50,599 bases of DNA from a virus (lineage: Duplodnaviria > Caudoviricetes). Under the pieces are notes generated by a model, which was given only the letters and a program-made list of their open reading frames with translations, ran no database searches and was not told where the DNA came from. Of this stretch, positions 17,621 through 26,809 are shown piece after piece. Within the stretch, counting starts at the first letter, position 1. Each line of letters starts with the position of its first letter. The DNA lies in IMG/VR virus record IMGVR_UViG_3300033143_006358, positions 1-50,599 of that record; one strand, 5' to 3'. The position numbers and the translations under genes are program-made.

Positions 17621-19705
17621 TTATGTCTTAGCAGCTTCTTCGTTAGCAGCCTCTTCGTTGGCATATTTCACATTCATCCGCATACCGGTTCCCCCCAATC
17701 GCCCCAGGCCAATCTGTTCTTCGATAACATTGCTCCAATAATCCATAATCTTGCTCATAGACGGACTTAAAGGCACAAAGGTATTGTCCATGTTGCGCAT
17801 AAAGTTCGCTATGGTTTCCTGGCCTCTCATTTCCAAATTATCGTAACTGATACGATTGGACTCACGCGCCTCGTCATTCATCAACGAAAACTGCGTCGAG
17901 GTGTTCCAGAGATTCGTTATTGCGCCGGCAAGCTCGGTGTGCATCTTGGCCGCGTTCTGCTCGGCCCAGCTTATCGCCTGCAAGCCGGCGGTATCCAGTC
18001 CGCCCTCCATCTGGGCCGCATCTATCCGCGCTTGCAGGGATTTTACGCCCGCGCCCAATTTTAACTGGCCCATCGCCGTTTCGACGGCGGCCACCATATT
18101 GTCGGCGGCGGTTCGCGCCTGTGTGGATAACGATGCCATCTTGGTCTGCGTATCGGAAACAAACCCGGCATATCGACTACGCAAGTCGGCGGCGGTGTCG
18201 TTATAGTGGGTACTGATTTGATTGGATAGCATACCCATTTCGCTGCTCTTGGCGGAATTCAACTGCGCCATGGCCGCCTGTTTCGCCTGTGGGTTGTCGG
18301 CGTATTGCGCATTGATTTGTCTCTCCATGTCGGCGTATCGAGCATCCAGGCCCGCCCGCTGCGTACTGATAGCCTTTGCCGTCATATCACGATAGGCGTC
18401 CAAGTCCTCGGTCCTGAGATTTTCGGCCCGCTCCAATCCCTGATCGTACAGGGTATCGGCGGCGGAAATGGCCTCTACTCTGGTGTCCTTGGCGCCTTGA
18501 ACGGCCTGCCCGGCGCCCGCTTCGGTCCTGCCTACCAGGGCGTTGCCGGCGGCGACGATGCCTTCGGTCCTGCCCTTGGCTCCCTTCTGTAAATCGGATA
18601 CGGTCGCTTTCACTTCGCCCGGCATACCGGAAACGACGCCCTTGGCCTGTCCCAGCGCGGCAGCGCCTACCAGATTCCCCTGTTCAATCTGCGCCTTTCG
18701 CGTATCAAAGGTTCCCTGTGCCTGCGCCTTTCCTTCTTGTACCTCGCCCACGCCGCCCTGTAATGTAGATAAGGCTTCTTCTTCCCTCGCTTTTTTCTCC
18801 TCCAACTCCTTCATTGCCTGCTGCAAATCATACTGTACCGCATTGGGATAAGATTCATAGGACGGTCGACGGATTTTTGTTCTCGTCTGAGCAACTTCGC
18901 CCGCGCCCGGCACCGGTTCCGGCCTGTTTGTCATCGGGTTGATTCGAGTCAGGGCCGGTTTTTTGGTCTTTTCTTTGGTGTAAGTACCGGCGATAATCTG
19001 GGCTAAAATATCCTCGTAGTTCATTGGCTTGACAGTGGCTTCTCCTTCGGGGGATACGGACACTTCTTCCACTCCTTCCTCGCCTACGAAGGCCCGATCT
19101 CCTTTTTTAATCTTCCCACCCTTTGCCATCCACGGCGTTCTCGAAAGCGGAGAGTTGGCTGGCATAATGGTTTGTCTGGCCAAAGGCCCGGGCGCACGAG
19201 GACCGACGGGCGGCTTTTTTCGCTTCGGCCTCGCTTGTGGGTTTATCGTGCTGGGGCCGGGTAAATTCTGCCTGATTCCTACAGGCGGCGGAATTGTGCC
19301 CGAATTAGACGGACCGGTCGGTATCTCTCCGGAAATCGGCTGCATAATCGGTTGTTGAACCGGCGATTGTTCCGGGAGCGGAGTATTGGTTAATCCGGCT
19401 ATGATTCCCGGCGTTGCCGCCTGGGGCGTTATCTGCGGCTGCATTGGCGTAGGAGTTCCGATTATGGTACGTGACGGCGCCAGGCCTCCGGTTATATTCA
19501 CCTGTGGCCCCCGCCTCATGGGGTCGTTATAGGGATCGGCAATTTCTTGGAATCGGTCAAGAAATCTCTGCGCAGGACTAATTTTGTTCGCTTCCTCGCC
19601 CGTAGTTACCACACCCGTTCCGACCATCTTCTGTTTCCTGCGAAACCAATCGGCCATTTCCGGATTGAACGGCCTTGGCACTAGCGGTCTAGCTCGGAAT
19701 GTCAT
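17621..19705 (-). CDS. Putative internal virion protein (Pro-rich N-terminus, Ala/Gln coiled coil)
   Basis: Contains the AKGGKIKKGDRAFVGEEGVE motif (A.GG...VGE.G.E) seen in tape-measure and ejection proteins. Confidence 0.6.
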   Translation of the reverse strand: MTFRARPLVPRPFNPEMADWFRRKQKMVGTGVVTTGEEANKISPAQRFLDRFQEIADPYNDPMRRGPQVNITGGLAPSRTIIGTPTPMQPQITPQAATPGIIAGLTNTPLPEQSPVQQPIMQPISGEIPTGPSNSGTIPPPVGIRQNLPGPSTINPQARPKRKKPPVGPRAPGPLARQTIMPANSPLSRTPWMAKGGKIKKGDRAFVGEEGVEEVSVSPEGEATVKPMNYEDILAQIIAGTYTKEKTKKPALTRINPMTNRPEPVPGAGEVAQTRTKIRRPSYESYPNAVQYDLQQAMKELEEKKAREEEALSTLQGGVGEVQEGKAQAQGTFDTRKAQIEQGNLVGAAALGQAKGVVSGMPGEVKATVSDLQKGAKGRTEGIVAAGNALVGRTEAGAGQAVQGAKDTRVEAISAADTLYDQGLERAENLRTEDLDAYRDMTAKAISTQRAGLDARYADMERQINAQYADNPQAKQAAMAQLNSAKSSEMGMLSNQISTHYNDTAADLRSRYAGFVSDTQTKMASLSTQARTAADNMVAAVETAMGQLKLGAGVKSLQARIDAAQMEGGLDTAGLQAISWAEQNAAKMHTELAGAITNLWNTSTQFSLMNDEARESNRISYDNLEMRGQETIANFMRNMDNTFVPLSPSMSKIMDYWSNVIEEQIGLGRLGGTGMRMNVKYANEEAANEEAAKT

Positions 19706-19721
19706 AATTTATCTCCTAAAA

Positions 19722-21905
19722 TCAGGATGCCTTTTCGCTCAAGGTTATCGTACCGGTAATTAACAATCCTGTCAACTCAATGTCGTATGGGCCTACCACA
19801 CACTCTATGTTTGGCTCAAGAGTAAAACCGTCCAATTTAACGGCCTTGCAGCACGTGGAAGGATTGGTGGTAATATCTATCTGCACTTCGCCTTCCATAT
19901 CGTTCGTACTATCGGCGGCGGAGCCATATACGGTATCGCCCGTTTTGTCCCGAAACATACCAAAGGTGAGATATTCAGGCATATCCGACGCGATTCTCAA
20001 GCGCGTCCAGCGGGTGCATTTAATAGCGACCGCTTTTATTACCTTGCGGTGAAACAGATGATGCACGTCCATTTCCGGCCTTACGGGACTGAATCGCAAC
20101 TGCATATAGAGCGCGTTACAGGCGATTATCGAACCGGCAGCCGGAATAATATCGCCCGCCGAATTACTGCCCTGCCAGGTTGGAGTCGGCGTATCGTTCA
20201 CATAAGTCGTTCCCCGGTCGGACCCGGAAACTACGCGCACCACCCTACCGCCGCTCGGTGCGAGCGTCGCCAGGTCGCTTACGCCGTCCGCTACGGAGAA
20301 CGTGGCGTAACTTGCGTTAGCAGTAGGACATATACCACCGTCCTTATCCTGATTGTAGTCGGGCGTTGCCACCACGCCGTCGCCCCGGACGAAATAGGCC
20401 CGGACGCCGCCGCCCTCGTTAAACTCAACGTCCGGCCCGCTGGTAACAACCTCAAAGGGAAAATCATAGAGCATGGTAATGCTCTGCGTGGAGTCCCAGA
20501 GACAGGCGCATTGACCCAAATCGGCGTTCAAAATAAATACGCAGCCCATCTTAGAGTCATATCCCATAGAGATATTGTCGGTATAGGCGGACCATTCCTT
20601 ATGAAAAATACGGTTAAAGCCCTGTACCAACTGGCGCGCTCCGCCGCCTGCGCCCAATATCATCAATCCCTGCTGAGTGAGCATAACCACTTCCCGGTCG
20701 ATAGCGCATATCGCTTCTTTGCTCAATAGCCCCCTACCGTCCTGCATCCGACTGATCGCCACCTCGCCGCCGGCCTTGCGTATCAGATAACCGGCGGTAT
20801 TCGTAAAGGCATACAGATCGTCGCCGGCCCGGATAAATCGCTGCACCGGCCCGTCGCCCGGCAGTCCGGGATAAGAATATTCGCTGCCAAACTCCTCCGT
20901 ATTGGTTTTGTACGGATTGGTCCATACCAAACCCACGCCGCCGTTGGTATCGGGGTCTTGCGCTGCAAATACGCTGCCTTCGTAATAGGCGCAGGCGCCG
21001 GAGTTCGGCGGCATAATTAACGGATCAGCCCAGGGGTCGTACCGTTTCTGCTGGACCAACGCGGCATCAGACAGCAGGCCCATTGTGGCCTGACCGGCCT
21101 TGGCAATGGTTTGTTCCAGGAAAAGATCGCCCGTATGGTACGGATCGAGCGGGTCGCGCAGGTTCATACTGCGATAGACTTCCATCATATCCCAGTCTGC
21201 ATCACTCGGCGCATCGGGAATGTTAATAACCACTTTACAACCGTCGCTGCTGTCGGAAATCGACATGGTATGGGTAAGGCTCTCGCTTAGCCCGGTATAA
21301 ATCTGTCGTTTGGTATGATAATATTTATAGGCGAACATATATCGTCCGCGATGACTCAGGAAATGATCCGCCGTGTCGCCCGTTTCCGCGCCTGCCGTGG
21401 CCTCCGCCATATCGCCTGTTTTCATTTCGCCAAACGTATCATCGACCGGCCCCATCGGTTCTTCTTCGATACCTGAATCTTCGTAGAGCACTACAGGACC
21501 GGCGCTTTTTCTAAAAACATACAGGTATTCATGGCGCGAGCATACGTCCAGGCTCTTTGAGTCGGCGGGACCAGTTGCCGTCAAGGTTTGGGTCGTACCG
21601 CTGCCGTCTTCTTCTTCCAGTTCCAGGCGCAGGGCGTTGGAATTATATTGATAAAGGAATCCCCGATGCTCCACGCCGTCAACCGTCATGGCCACGTGCC
21701 GGCAAAAAGTTATTTTACCGGACGAAGGCCCGGTAAGGGTCATTACGTGCACGTTGCCCGGATACCGACGCGCGGACCCTCGGTAGCGACCGTCCACGCC
21801 CACCATACGGCTCATGGTATTGTCGGGCAGATTGTCGGGATGGACGGAAGCGTCCATCATGGCCCCGGCAATTCTATATTCAACCTGATAGTCTGCGTTT
21901 GCCAT
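19722..21905 (-). CDS. Tail nozzle / packaged-DNA stabilisation protein (beta-propeller-like)
   Basis: About 727 aa, beta-rich, placed before the ejection genes; true start probably ATG 21905 (TAATG coupling) rather than 22181. Confidence 0.6.
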   Translation of the reverse strand: MANADYQVEYRIAGAMMDASVHPDNLPDNTMSRMVGVDGRYRGSARRYPGNVHVMTLTGPSSGKITFCRHVAMTVDGVEHRGFLYQYNSNALRLELEEEDGSGTTQTLTATGPADSKSLDVCSRHEYLYVFRKSAGPVVLYEDSGIEEEPMGPVDDTFGEMKTGDMAEATAGAETGDTADHFLSHRGRYMFAYKYYHTKRQIYTGLSESLTHTMSISDSSDGCKVVINIPDAPSDADWDMMEVYRSMNLRDPLDPYHTGDLFLEQTIAKAGQATMGLLSDAALVQQKRYDPWADPLIMPPNSGACAYYEGSVFAAQDPDTNGGVGLVWTNPYKTNTEEFGSEYSYPGLPGDGPVQRFIRAGDDLYAFTNTAGYLIRKAGGEVAISRMQDGRGLLSKEAICAIDREVVMLTQQGLMILGAGGGARQLVQGFNRIFHKEWSAYTDNISMGYDSKMGCVFILNADLGQCACLWDSTQSITMLYDFPFEVVTSGPDVEFNEGGGVRAYFVRGDGVVATPDYNQDKDGGICPTANASYATFSVADGVSDLATLAPSGGRVVRVVSGSDRGTTYVNDTPTPTWQGSNSAGDIIPAAGSIIACNALYMQLRFSPVRPEMDVHHLFHRKVIKAVAIKCTRWTRLRIASDMPEYLTFGMFRDKTGDTVYGSAADSTNDMEGEVQIDITTNPSTCCKAVKLDGFTLEPNIECVVGPYDIELTGLLITGTITLSEKAS

Positions 21906-23137
21906 TATGAAGAGATAGTCCTTTTTAATATTTCCATGAATTCCACCGGACTTATCAAGTTTAGCGCTTTTTTCCGGTTTTGTTCCAAGTACGTATAGGT
22001 TAAATCCTGCCCGTTCAAGTTCAGGACTTGCTGTTTGCCCTGTCGGATTACGCCGACGCCGTAATCCGTATCTACCACGAACATTTCCAAATTCGGCTGT
22101 GTGGCGCGCCAGCGGATGAAAGCTCGCCAAACTGTCCCGCAGACGTTCAAAGACTCCGCCCCTGCCGATGGCGGATTGCAATCGTGCATGACAATTGTGC
22201 CGCCTTCATTGATACTTTGCTGTGCATTTTCCATGTCACGAAGCACTTGTCTCTCTTCGTGACAGCCGTCGATAAATATGAGATCGTATTTTTTATCGGG
22301 ATACGAAACAAAAAATTCATCCGATGTCATTTGGTATGTGGACACCGGCTTCGGGTCAATTCCTTCTTTTTGTTTACAACGTATTCGATCAAAACACCCT
22401 TTAGGGTCGCGAACGCCGATTTCAAGATAGGATTGATACCTATATTGATTGATTAGGCGGCGTATAATGTCAAACCGAAAACGAACATTATGATAGGTCA
22501 AGCCCAACTTACGTTTCCAATATGTAAAGTCGCCCCAATACGGGATATGCGTTTCATGCGTTTTGCACTCTCGGTATCCGGTAAAATTATTTCCATGCCG
22601 AATATCCAGGACCGGAAACTCTTTATCTATTTTTTCCGTTCGCCACGGGTCGGTCGTGGTCGCTCCTGGTTCTGGACGGGAAAAGAATTTGCCATTTTCC
22701 GTCTCTTCTTTACGAGATTGAAACGCTTCCTTTAGGATTTGCCGATGTCCACAGCAGCAACTTAACGGACCTGTCGCCATCTTGTCGCCGTATCCTTCAT
22801 AATTCAATAAGCGGCGAGGCCCTTGGTAATAAATGACATCCTTTTTCTGGGGTTCAAAATCGAAATATTCTTCTGGGTACAACACATCATGTTCTGCAAT
22901 AAACAGCACCTCGGAAGAACAAAAATCCAATCCACAATCAATCTGTTTGAATATAGTCTTTTGATGTCTGCCGAATTTCGTGCCGATACAGATATTCCGA
23001 CCAAATGGTATTGGCTTTTGGGATATGGATATAATAGGGATTTCTCTGGCCGCCTTGCGAAGTTGTTCCTGACAGCATTTTTGTATGGACGGTTTTAATG
23101 CGTTATCCGTTATGTAAATAATCTCTTTATGACTCAT
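21905..23137 (-). CDS. Glycosyltransferase (GT-A, EHD variant) fused to a class I SAM methyltransferase (Methyltransf_24-like)
   Basis: N-half IIYITDN...LFIAEHDVLY; C-half YLEIGVRD, YDLIFIDGCHE and GGTIVMHD. Confidence 0.85.
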   Translation of the reverse strand: MSHKEIIYITDNALKPSIQKCCQEQLRKAAREIPIISISQKPIPFGRNICIGTKFGRHQKTIFKQIDCGLDFCSSEVLFIAEHDVLYPEEYFDFEPQKKDVIYYQGPRRLLNYEGYGDKMATGPLSCCCGHRQILKEAFQSRKEETENGKFFSRPEPGATTTDPWRTEKIDKEFPVLDIRHGNNFTGYRECKTHETHIPYWGDFTYWKRKLGLTYHNVRFRFDIIRRLINQYRYQSYLEIGVRDPKGCFDRIRCKQKEGIDPKPVSTYQMTSDEFFVSYPDKKYDLIFIDGCHEERQVLRDMENAQQSINEGGTIVMHDCNPPSAGAESLNVCGTVWRAFIRWRATQPNLEMFVVDTDYGVGVIRQGKQQVLNLNGQDLTYTYLEQNRKKALNLISPVEFMEILKRTISS

Positions 23138-24350
23138 TATTTTCAAACCTGTCGTATTCTTCCAGTCGCACTTCATCGCGCCAGTCCACAATGGCTTTAG
23201 TCGCCTCCACAGGATCTTCGCCCACGTTCAAAACGCCGGGGCCGCCGTGGTACAGGATTCGTCTCTCCGTAACCGTATGGTCAGTTTTATTTACCTTAGA
23301 GCATCCCACAGCCGCCTGCGCCCCCAGCGTCTTATCCCAGCCGGGCACGGGCCAGAATTTACCTACCAGCCACTCTACTCCATGAATTTGACGCGGACCC
23401 ATTCCTCCGTAAAACATTTCCTGAATTTTTCGTCTGGTTTCGTCAACCTCTTCCGGCTTGGTGTCATGCGACGCTTTCGAGTTAAAAAGATGTAAACATT
23501 TTACATCGTTATGCAAAAGACAGCGTCCGCCGGAAAGCCATACTTTCAGCGACATTTCTGAACCTTCCGCCCCCCACTTGCTCCATGACTCATTTCTGCC
23601 TTGTAGCTGCCAATATCTGCTTTTACGCATCATCCATCCGCAGCCGGTAATGGACATAGATTCGATAACCGTTTCTTGTTCGTTTTTCTTTCCCCACCAC
23701 TTATCCACCAATTCGGGCGTCAATCGCACTCTGCCGTAATTGTGGTTCTTGTTTATCCATTGTTCCCCTTCTATTTTTACCGCGTCCAGTTTGCCAATAA
23801 CCAAATCCATAGGTCCGCAAATCGCTTTCAGTTTTTCGTCCCACCCCTCGCTCATTTCACAGTGGGCGTCCACGATAAAGATAAATTCGCCTCTTGCCTC
23901 TTTTGCCGCTTCATTCATTAAGACTCTTCTGCCCTGATTATTTGCATCTAGTTTCTTGATAATTTCCACGGAACCATTTGCGGCTTTTCTTATTTGTTCT
24001 TCAGTTCGGTTCAGATATATTTCGGACGGTAGCGAAATAATAATCACGCTCACCTTACCGGGATCGCAGGCCGTCCACTGGTTCTCCGGGCAGGACTCAC
24101 TGGCCCATTCCGTCTTTTTCTGCATGTGACAGCCGCATTTCCGGCAGCGCGTGGATTCCCTTACCTTGCCGTTTTTCTCCACGGTCCGTTTAATCAGCAT
24201 ATCGCATTTGAGACAGCCTTCCTCCCAGCGCAGGATTCTTTCTTCCGGGGAGACGTTTACTTTTTCCCGCCGGGCTCTCTGTTTAGCGCGTCGATGCACG
24301 GCTCCGGCCAGGTTCAATGCCTGACGTGGTTTGCTCGGTAATTCGCTCAA
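23127..24350 (-). CDS. GT-A glycosyltransferase resembling polypeptide GalNAc-transferases, with an N-terminal Cys-rich domain
   Basis: VSVIIIS, ARGEFIFIVDAHCE, WGAEGSEMSLKVWLSGG...HLF; N-terminal CxxC...CxxCGC...SCP; TTG start after AGGAG. Confidence 0.88.
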   Translation of the reverse strand: MSELPSKPRQALNLAGAVHRRAKQRARREKVNVSPEERILRWEEGCLKCDMLIKRTVEKNGKVRESTRCRKCGCHMQKKTEWASESCPENQWTACDPGKVSVIIISLPSEIYLNRTEEQIRKAANGSVEIIKKLDANNQGRRVLMNEAAKEARGEFIFIVDAHCEMSEGWDEKLKAICGPMDLVIGKLDAVKIEGEQWINKNHNYGRVRLTPELVDKWWGKKNEQETVIESMSITGCGWMMRKSRYWQLQGRNESWSKWGAEGSEMSLKVWLSGGRCLLHNDVKCLHLFNSKASHDTKPEEVDETRRKIQEMFYGGMGPRQIHGVEWLVGKFWPVPGWDKTLGAQAAVGCSKVNKTDHTVTERRILYHGGPGVLNVGEDPVEATKAIVDWRDEVRLEEYDRFENNES

Positions 24351-24361
24351 GATTCATTCTC

Positions 24362-25369
24362 CTATATATAAGTTACGTCCCATTCTATCGTACCCCCGTT
24401 GCCGTCTCCGGTGCAAATGCCCCCGGTACAGTAGTTGTCCGCCACGTTGCAGGAATCGCTCCAAATCGCACCGCCCCATACTTCCTGAATAGACACACCG
24501 GCGTAGGTATTATCGTTCGTACCAAGGCCTGACGGACCGCAAAATGTAATCTTAACATGATCGTAATTAGGGGGATTAGTAAATCCGGCGTCATCCGTCG
24601 TCCAGGAACATTTTGTGGGTCGAACGTTGCCGCACTCCCAGAAGCATCCGGGTTCTGAGGGGGCCTTACCGAGCGAGGTCGTGTAATAGTAACCGCCCAG
24701 TCGGTAGGTGACGGTGACGGTATCGACGGAGCCACAACAGTCCGTACAAGCCTCCGGCGTCGTAGTCGAGGTAGTCGAAGTGGTTGTCGATGAAGTTGTA
24801 GTCGAGGTGGAACTACTTGTAGTGGTAGTGGTGGTGGAGGTTGTTGAGGACGTCGTGCCCGTAGTCGTTGTCGTAGTTGTCGTGGAGGTCGGAGTCGTCG
24901 TGCTGCTCGTCGTTCCCGTAGTCGTCGTAGAAGTCGTCGTAGAAGTCGTAGAGGTCGTACTGGTGCTTGTGGTCGTTGAAGTCGTGGTGGTCGTACTACT
25001 ACTAGTACTGCTGCTGGATGTCGTACTGCTCGTCGTGCCCGTAGTCGTCGTAGAGGTCGTAGAGGTCGTAGTGGTCGTAGTGGTCGTAGTCGAAGTCGTG
25101 GCACAGCAATCGTCCGGTATATAAGCGTACAAATTGTTTTTATTAGTATCGTAGCATACCATGTAATAATCGTCGCAGTCCGGTACGTACACTTCCAGCC
25201 AGGTCGGGTCGGATGTACCGAGCACTTCGGATGGATTATTGTACCCGGCGCAGAGTTCGCCGATGGCATAGAGACAGCCCGGCCCCACATCGACTTCGGA
25301 GCAGTTCTCGATAAGACCGTCGCCGTCGCCGTCGGGATCGTAGCCAAAGTATTCCAATACGTAAGCCAT
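24362..25369 (-). CDS. Mucin-like Thr/Ser-rich protein with Cys-rich N- and C-terminal domains
   Basis: About 115 nearly pure T/S residues between CC motifs; DPDGDGDG Ca-binding-like motif at the N-terminus. Confidence 0.85.
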   Translation of the reverse strand: MAYVLEYFGYDPDGDGDGLIENCSEVDVGPGCLYAIGELCAGYNNPSEVLGTSDPTWLEVYVPDCDDYYMVCYDTNKNNLYAYIPDDCCATTSTTTTTTTTTSTTSTTTTGTTSSTTSSSSTSSSTTTTTSTTTSTSTTSTTSTTTSTTTTGTTSSTTTPTSTTTTTTTTGTTSSTTSTTTTTTSSSTSTTTSSTTTSTTSTTTPEACTDCCGSVDTVTVTYRLGGYYYTTSLGKAPSEPGCFWECGNVRPTKCSWTTDDAGFTNPPNYDHVKITFCGPSGLGTNDNTYAGVSIQEVWGGAIWSDSCNVADNYCTGGICTGDGNGGTIEWDVTYI

Positions 25370-25392
25370 TCCACTATACGGTTCCTATCTGC

Positions 25393-25899
25393 TTACGGAC
25401 ATTCAAAAATAGTTTTAATATCTATCTTAGGTATGAACGGGCCGGTAAACCATTGCCCGTCCCTGGTCTTAAATACCATAATCTTATCGTCCTCATCCCA
25501 TTGCGGTACGCAGTCCTGGATTGCCAGGCCGTTCGGAAGCAATAAAGTAACATCCTGCGTGCTCCCGTCTTCCAACAGAGTTACTTTTACGGAGTCATCG
25601 TCGTCATCTACATCCGCCGCTACCGTGGCCGGATGCGGTTCGTATATTTTCATCGGGTACGTGGCGCCGGGATCGTTAACGGACGGTTTGAATCCGTCAT
25701 TGTAATTTATCGCGCCCGCAATGTTTGTCGATAATAATTCCGGCACGGGAGACGTTATGGTTTCAGACGGGTCTTGCGGCTCCAGGTAATTCACATTCTG
25801 TGATTTTAACGCTTGTGTAGCTTCCCGACCGGTGAATACGGGGACCGGTGCGGGGCGTTGCAGCGTGAATTGTCTGCCGGTGGGCGGATAGTTCTGCAT
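25393..25899 (-). CDS. Hypothetical structural protein
   Basis: 168 aa ORF between the adaptor and the mucin-like gene. Confidence 0.7.
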   Translation of the reverse strand: MQNYPPTGRQFTLQRPAPVPVFTGREATQALKSQNVNYLEPQDPSETITSPVPELLSTNIAGAINYNDGFKPSVNDPGATYPMKIYEPHPATVAADVDDDDDSVKVTLLEDGSTQDVTLLLPNGLAIQDCVPQWDEDDKIMVFKTRDGQWFTGPFIPKIDIKTIFECP

Positions 25900-25900
25900 C

Positions 25901-26809
25901 TTAAAATCCCCTCATTCGCCGAGTGGTCCTGCCGTCCTGGTTCCGGGTGGACCCCTGGCTATAATCCTTCTGGGATATGAACATACGCAGCGACCGCATC
26001 TGGGCGGAATATTCCTTGCCTACCATGCCGTAGCGGATGGTATTGCCTTCCGCCAGGATGATTTTAAGCGCCGCGCGGGTGGCGACTACCAGGTCCATCG
26101 CCGACGGGAACGGCGGTATGATCTCAAAATCAACGTTATCTGTGGAAGTCACCAAGGCGGGACTCCATCCCGGCTCCACGGTTAATACGGAATCGCTCTG
26201 GGCGCTGACGACCTGATATTGCTCTACCGTATTATCGGTATTGGGCATGATATGAACTACGCTGCCCAGGTAAGAATTCGCCCGTCGGTCCCTATACCCG
26301 GCGGTGACGGAATCCGGTATGGTGATGGTATTGGCCGTATTATCGACGGTAGCGCTATTGGCCGCGAATAATCGGGCACAACCGTCCGGCTGAAACCGAA
26401 CCGTAACGGTGGTTCCGTCGGCGATATAACCGGGCTGAAACCGAATCCAGTTATTCTCAATGATACATTTCGTGCCGTAGGGTGAGAGCCGACTGCCCTT
26501 TTTGTAAAATATCTTGGTTCCCGTATCGTCGTCGTCTTCGCCGATACTGATAATCTGTCCGACCGTGGGCGGAACGGCGTAGAGTTCGGTGGCGGAGGAA
26601 TAAGTAAAGGTATATTTGGCCACGATTTTCGTATTACTGCTGCGCTGTAATTCCTGTAATACCTCAGCATAACTTTCTTCCAGGAGTTGAATAATTTCCT
26701 CCACCGAATACTTGGCGTTGGTTGCCGGTTCGTCGGTAATCTGTCGAACCTTGGCGACGGAGCGCACCAGAAAGGAATCCGAACCGCCGGTGATCCCGTC
26801 ATCGACCGT
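25901..26809 (-). CDS. Putative head-tail adaptor/connector; start unresolved
   Basis: Helical N-terminus (VAKVRQITDEP...YSVEEIIQLLEESY), YAVPPTV, and IIPPFPSAMDLVVATRAA C-terminal helix. The frame is open up to the TAG at 26810-26812; the GTG at 26767 has no SD. Confidence 0.6.
   Translation of the reverse strand, partial: TVDDGITGGSDSFLVRSVAKVRQITDEPATNAKYSVEEIIQLLEESYAEVLQELQRSSNTKIVAKYTFTYSSATELYAVPPTVGQIISIGEDDDDTGTKIFYKKGSRLSPYGTKCIIENNWIRFQPGYIADGTTVTVRFQPDGCARLFAANSATVDNTANTITIPDSVTAGYRDRRANSYLGSVVHIMPNTDNTVEQYQVVSAQSDSVLTVEPGWSPALVTSTDNVDFEIIPPFPSAMDLVVATRAALKIILAEGNTIRYGMVGKEYSAQMRSLRMFISQKDYSQGSTRNQDGRTTRRMRGF

Noticed and set aside
21906-22181. 92-codon N-terminal extension of the tail nozzle ORF overlapping the methyltransferase domain
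   Set aside because: TAATG coupling at 21905 gives a cleaner start; the extension looks like an incidental open frame
24385-25374. Long alternative-frame ORFs (Arg/Pro/Leu-rich, and poly-Val on the + strand; also at 28485-28900)
   Set aside because: Shadow frames of the Thr/Ser codon tracts, which lack stops in other frames
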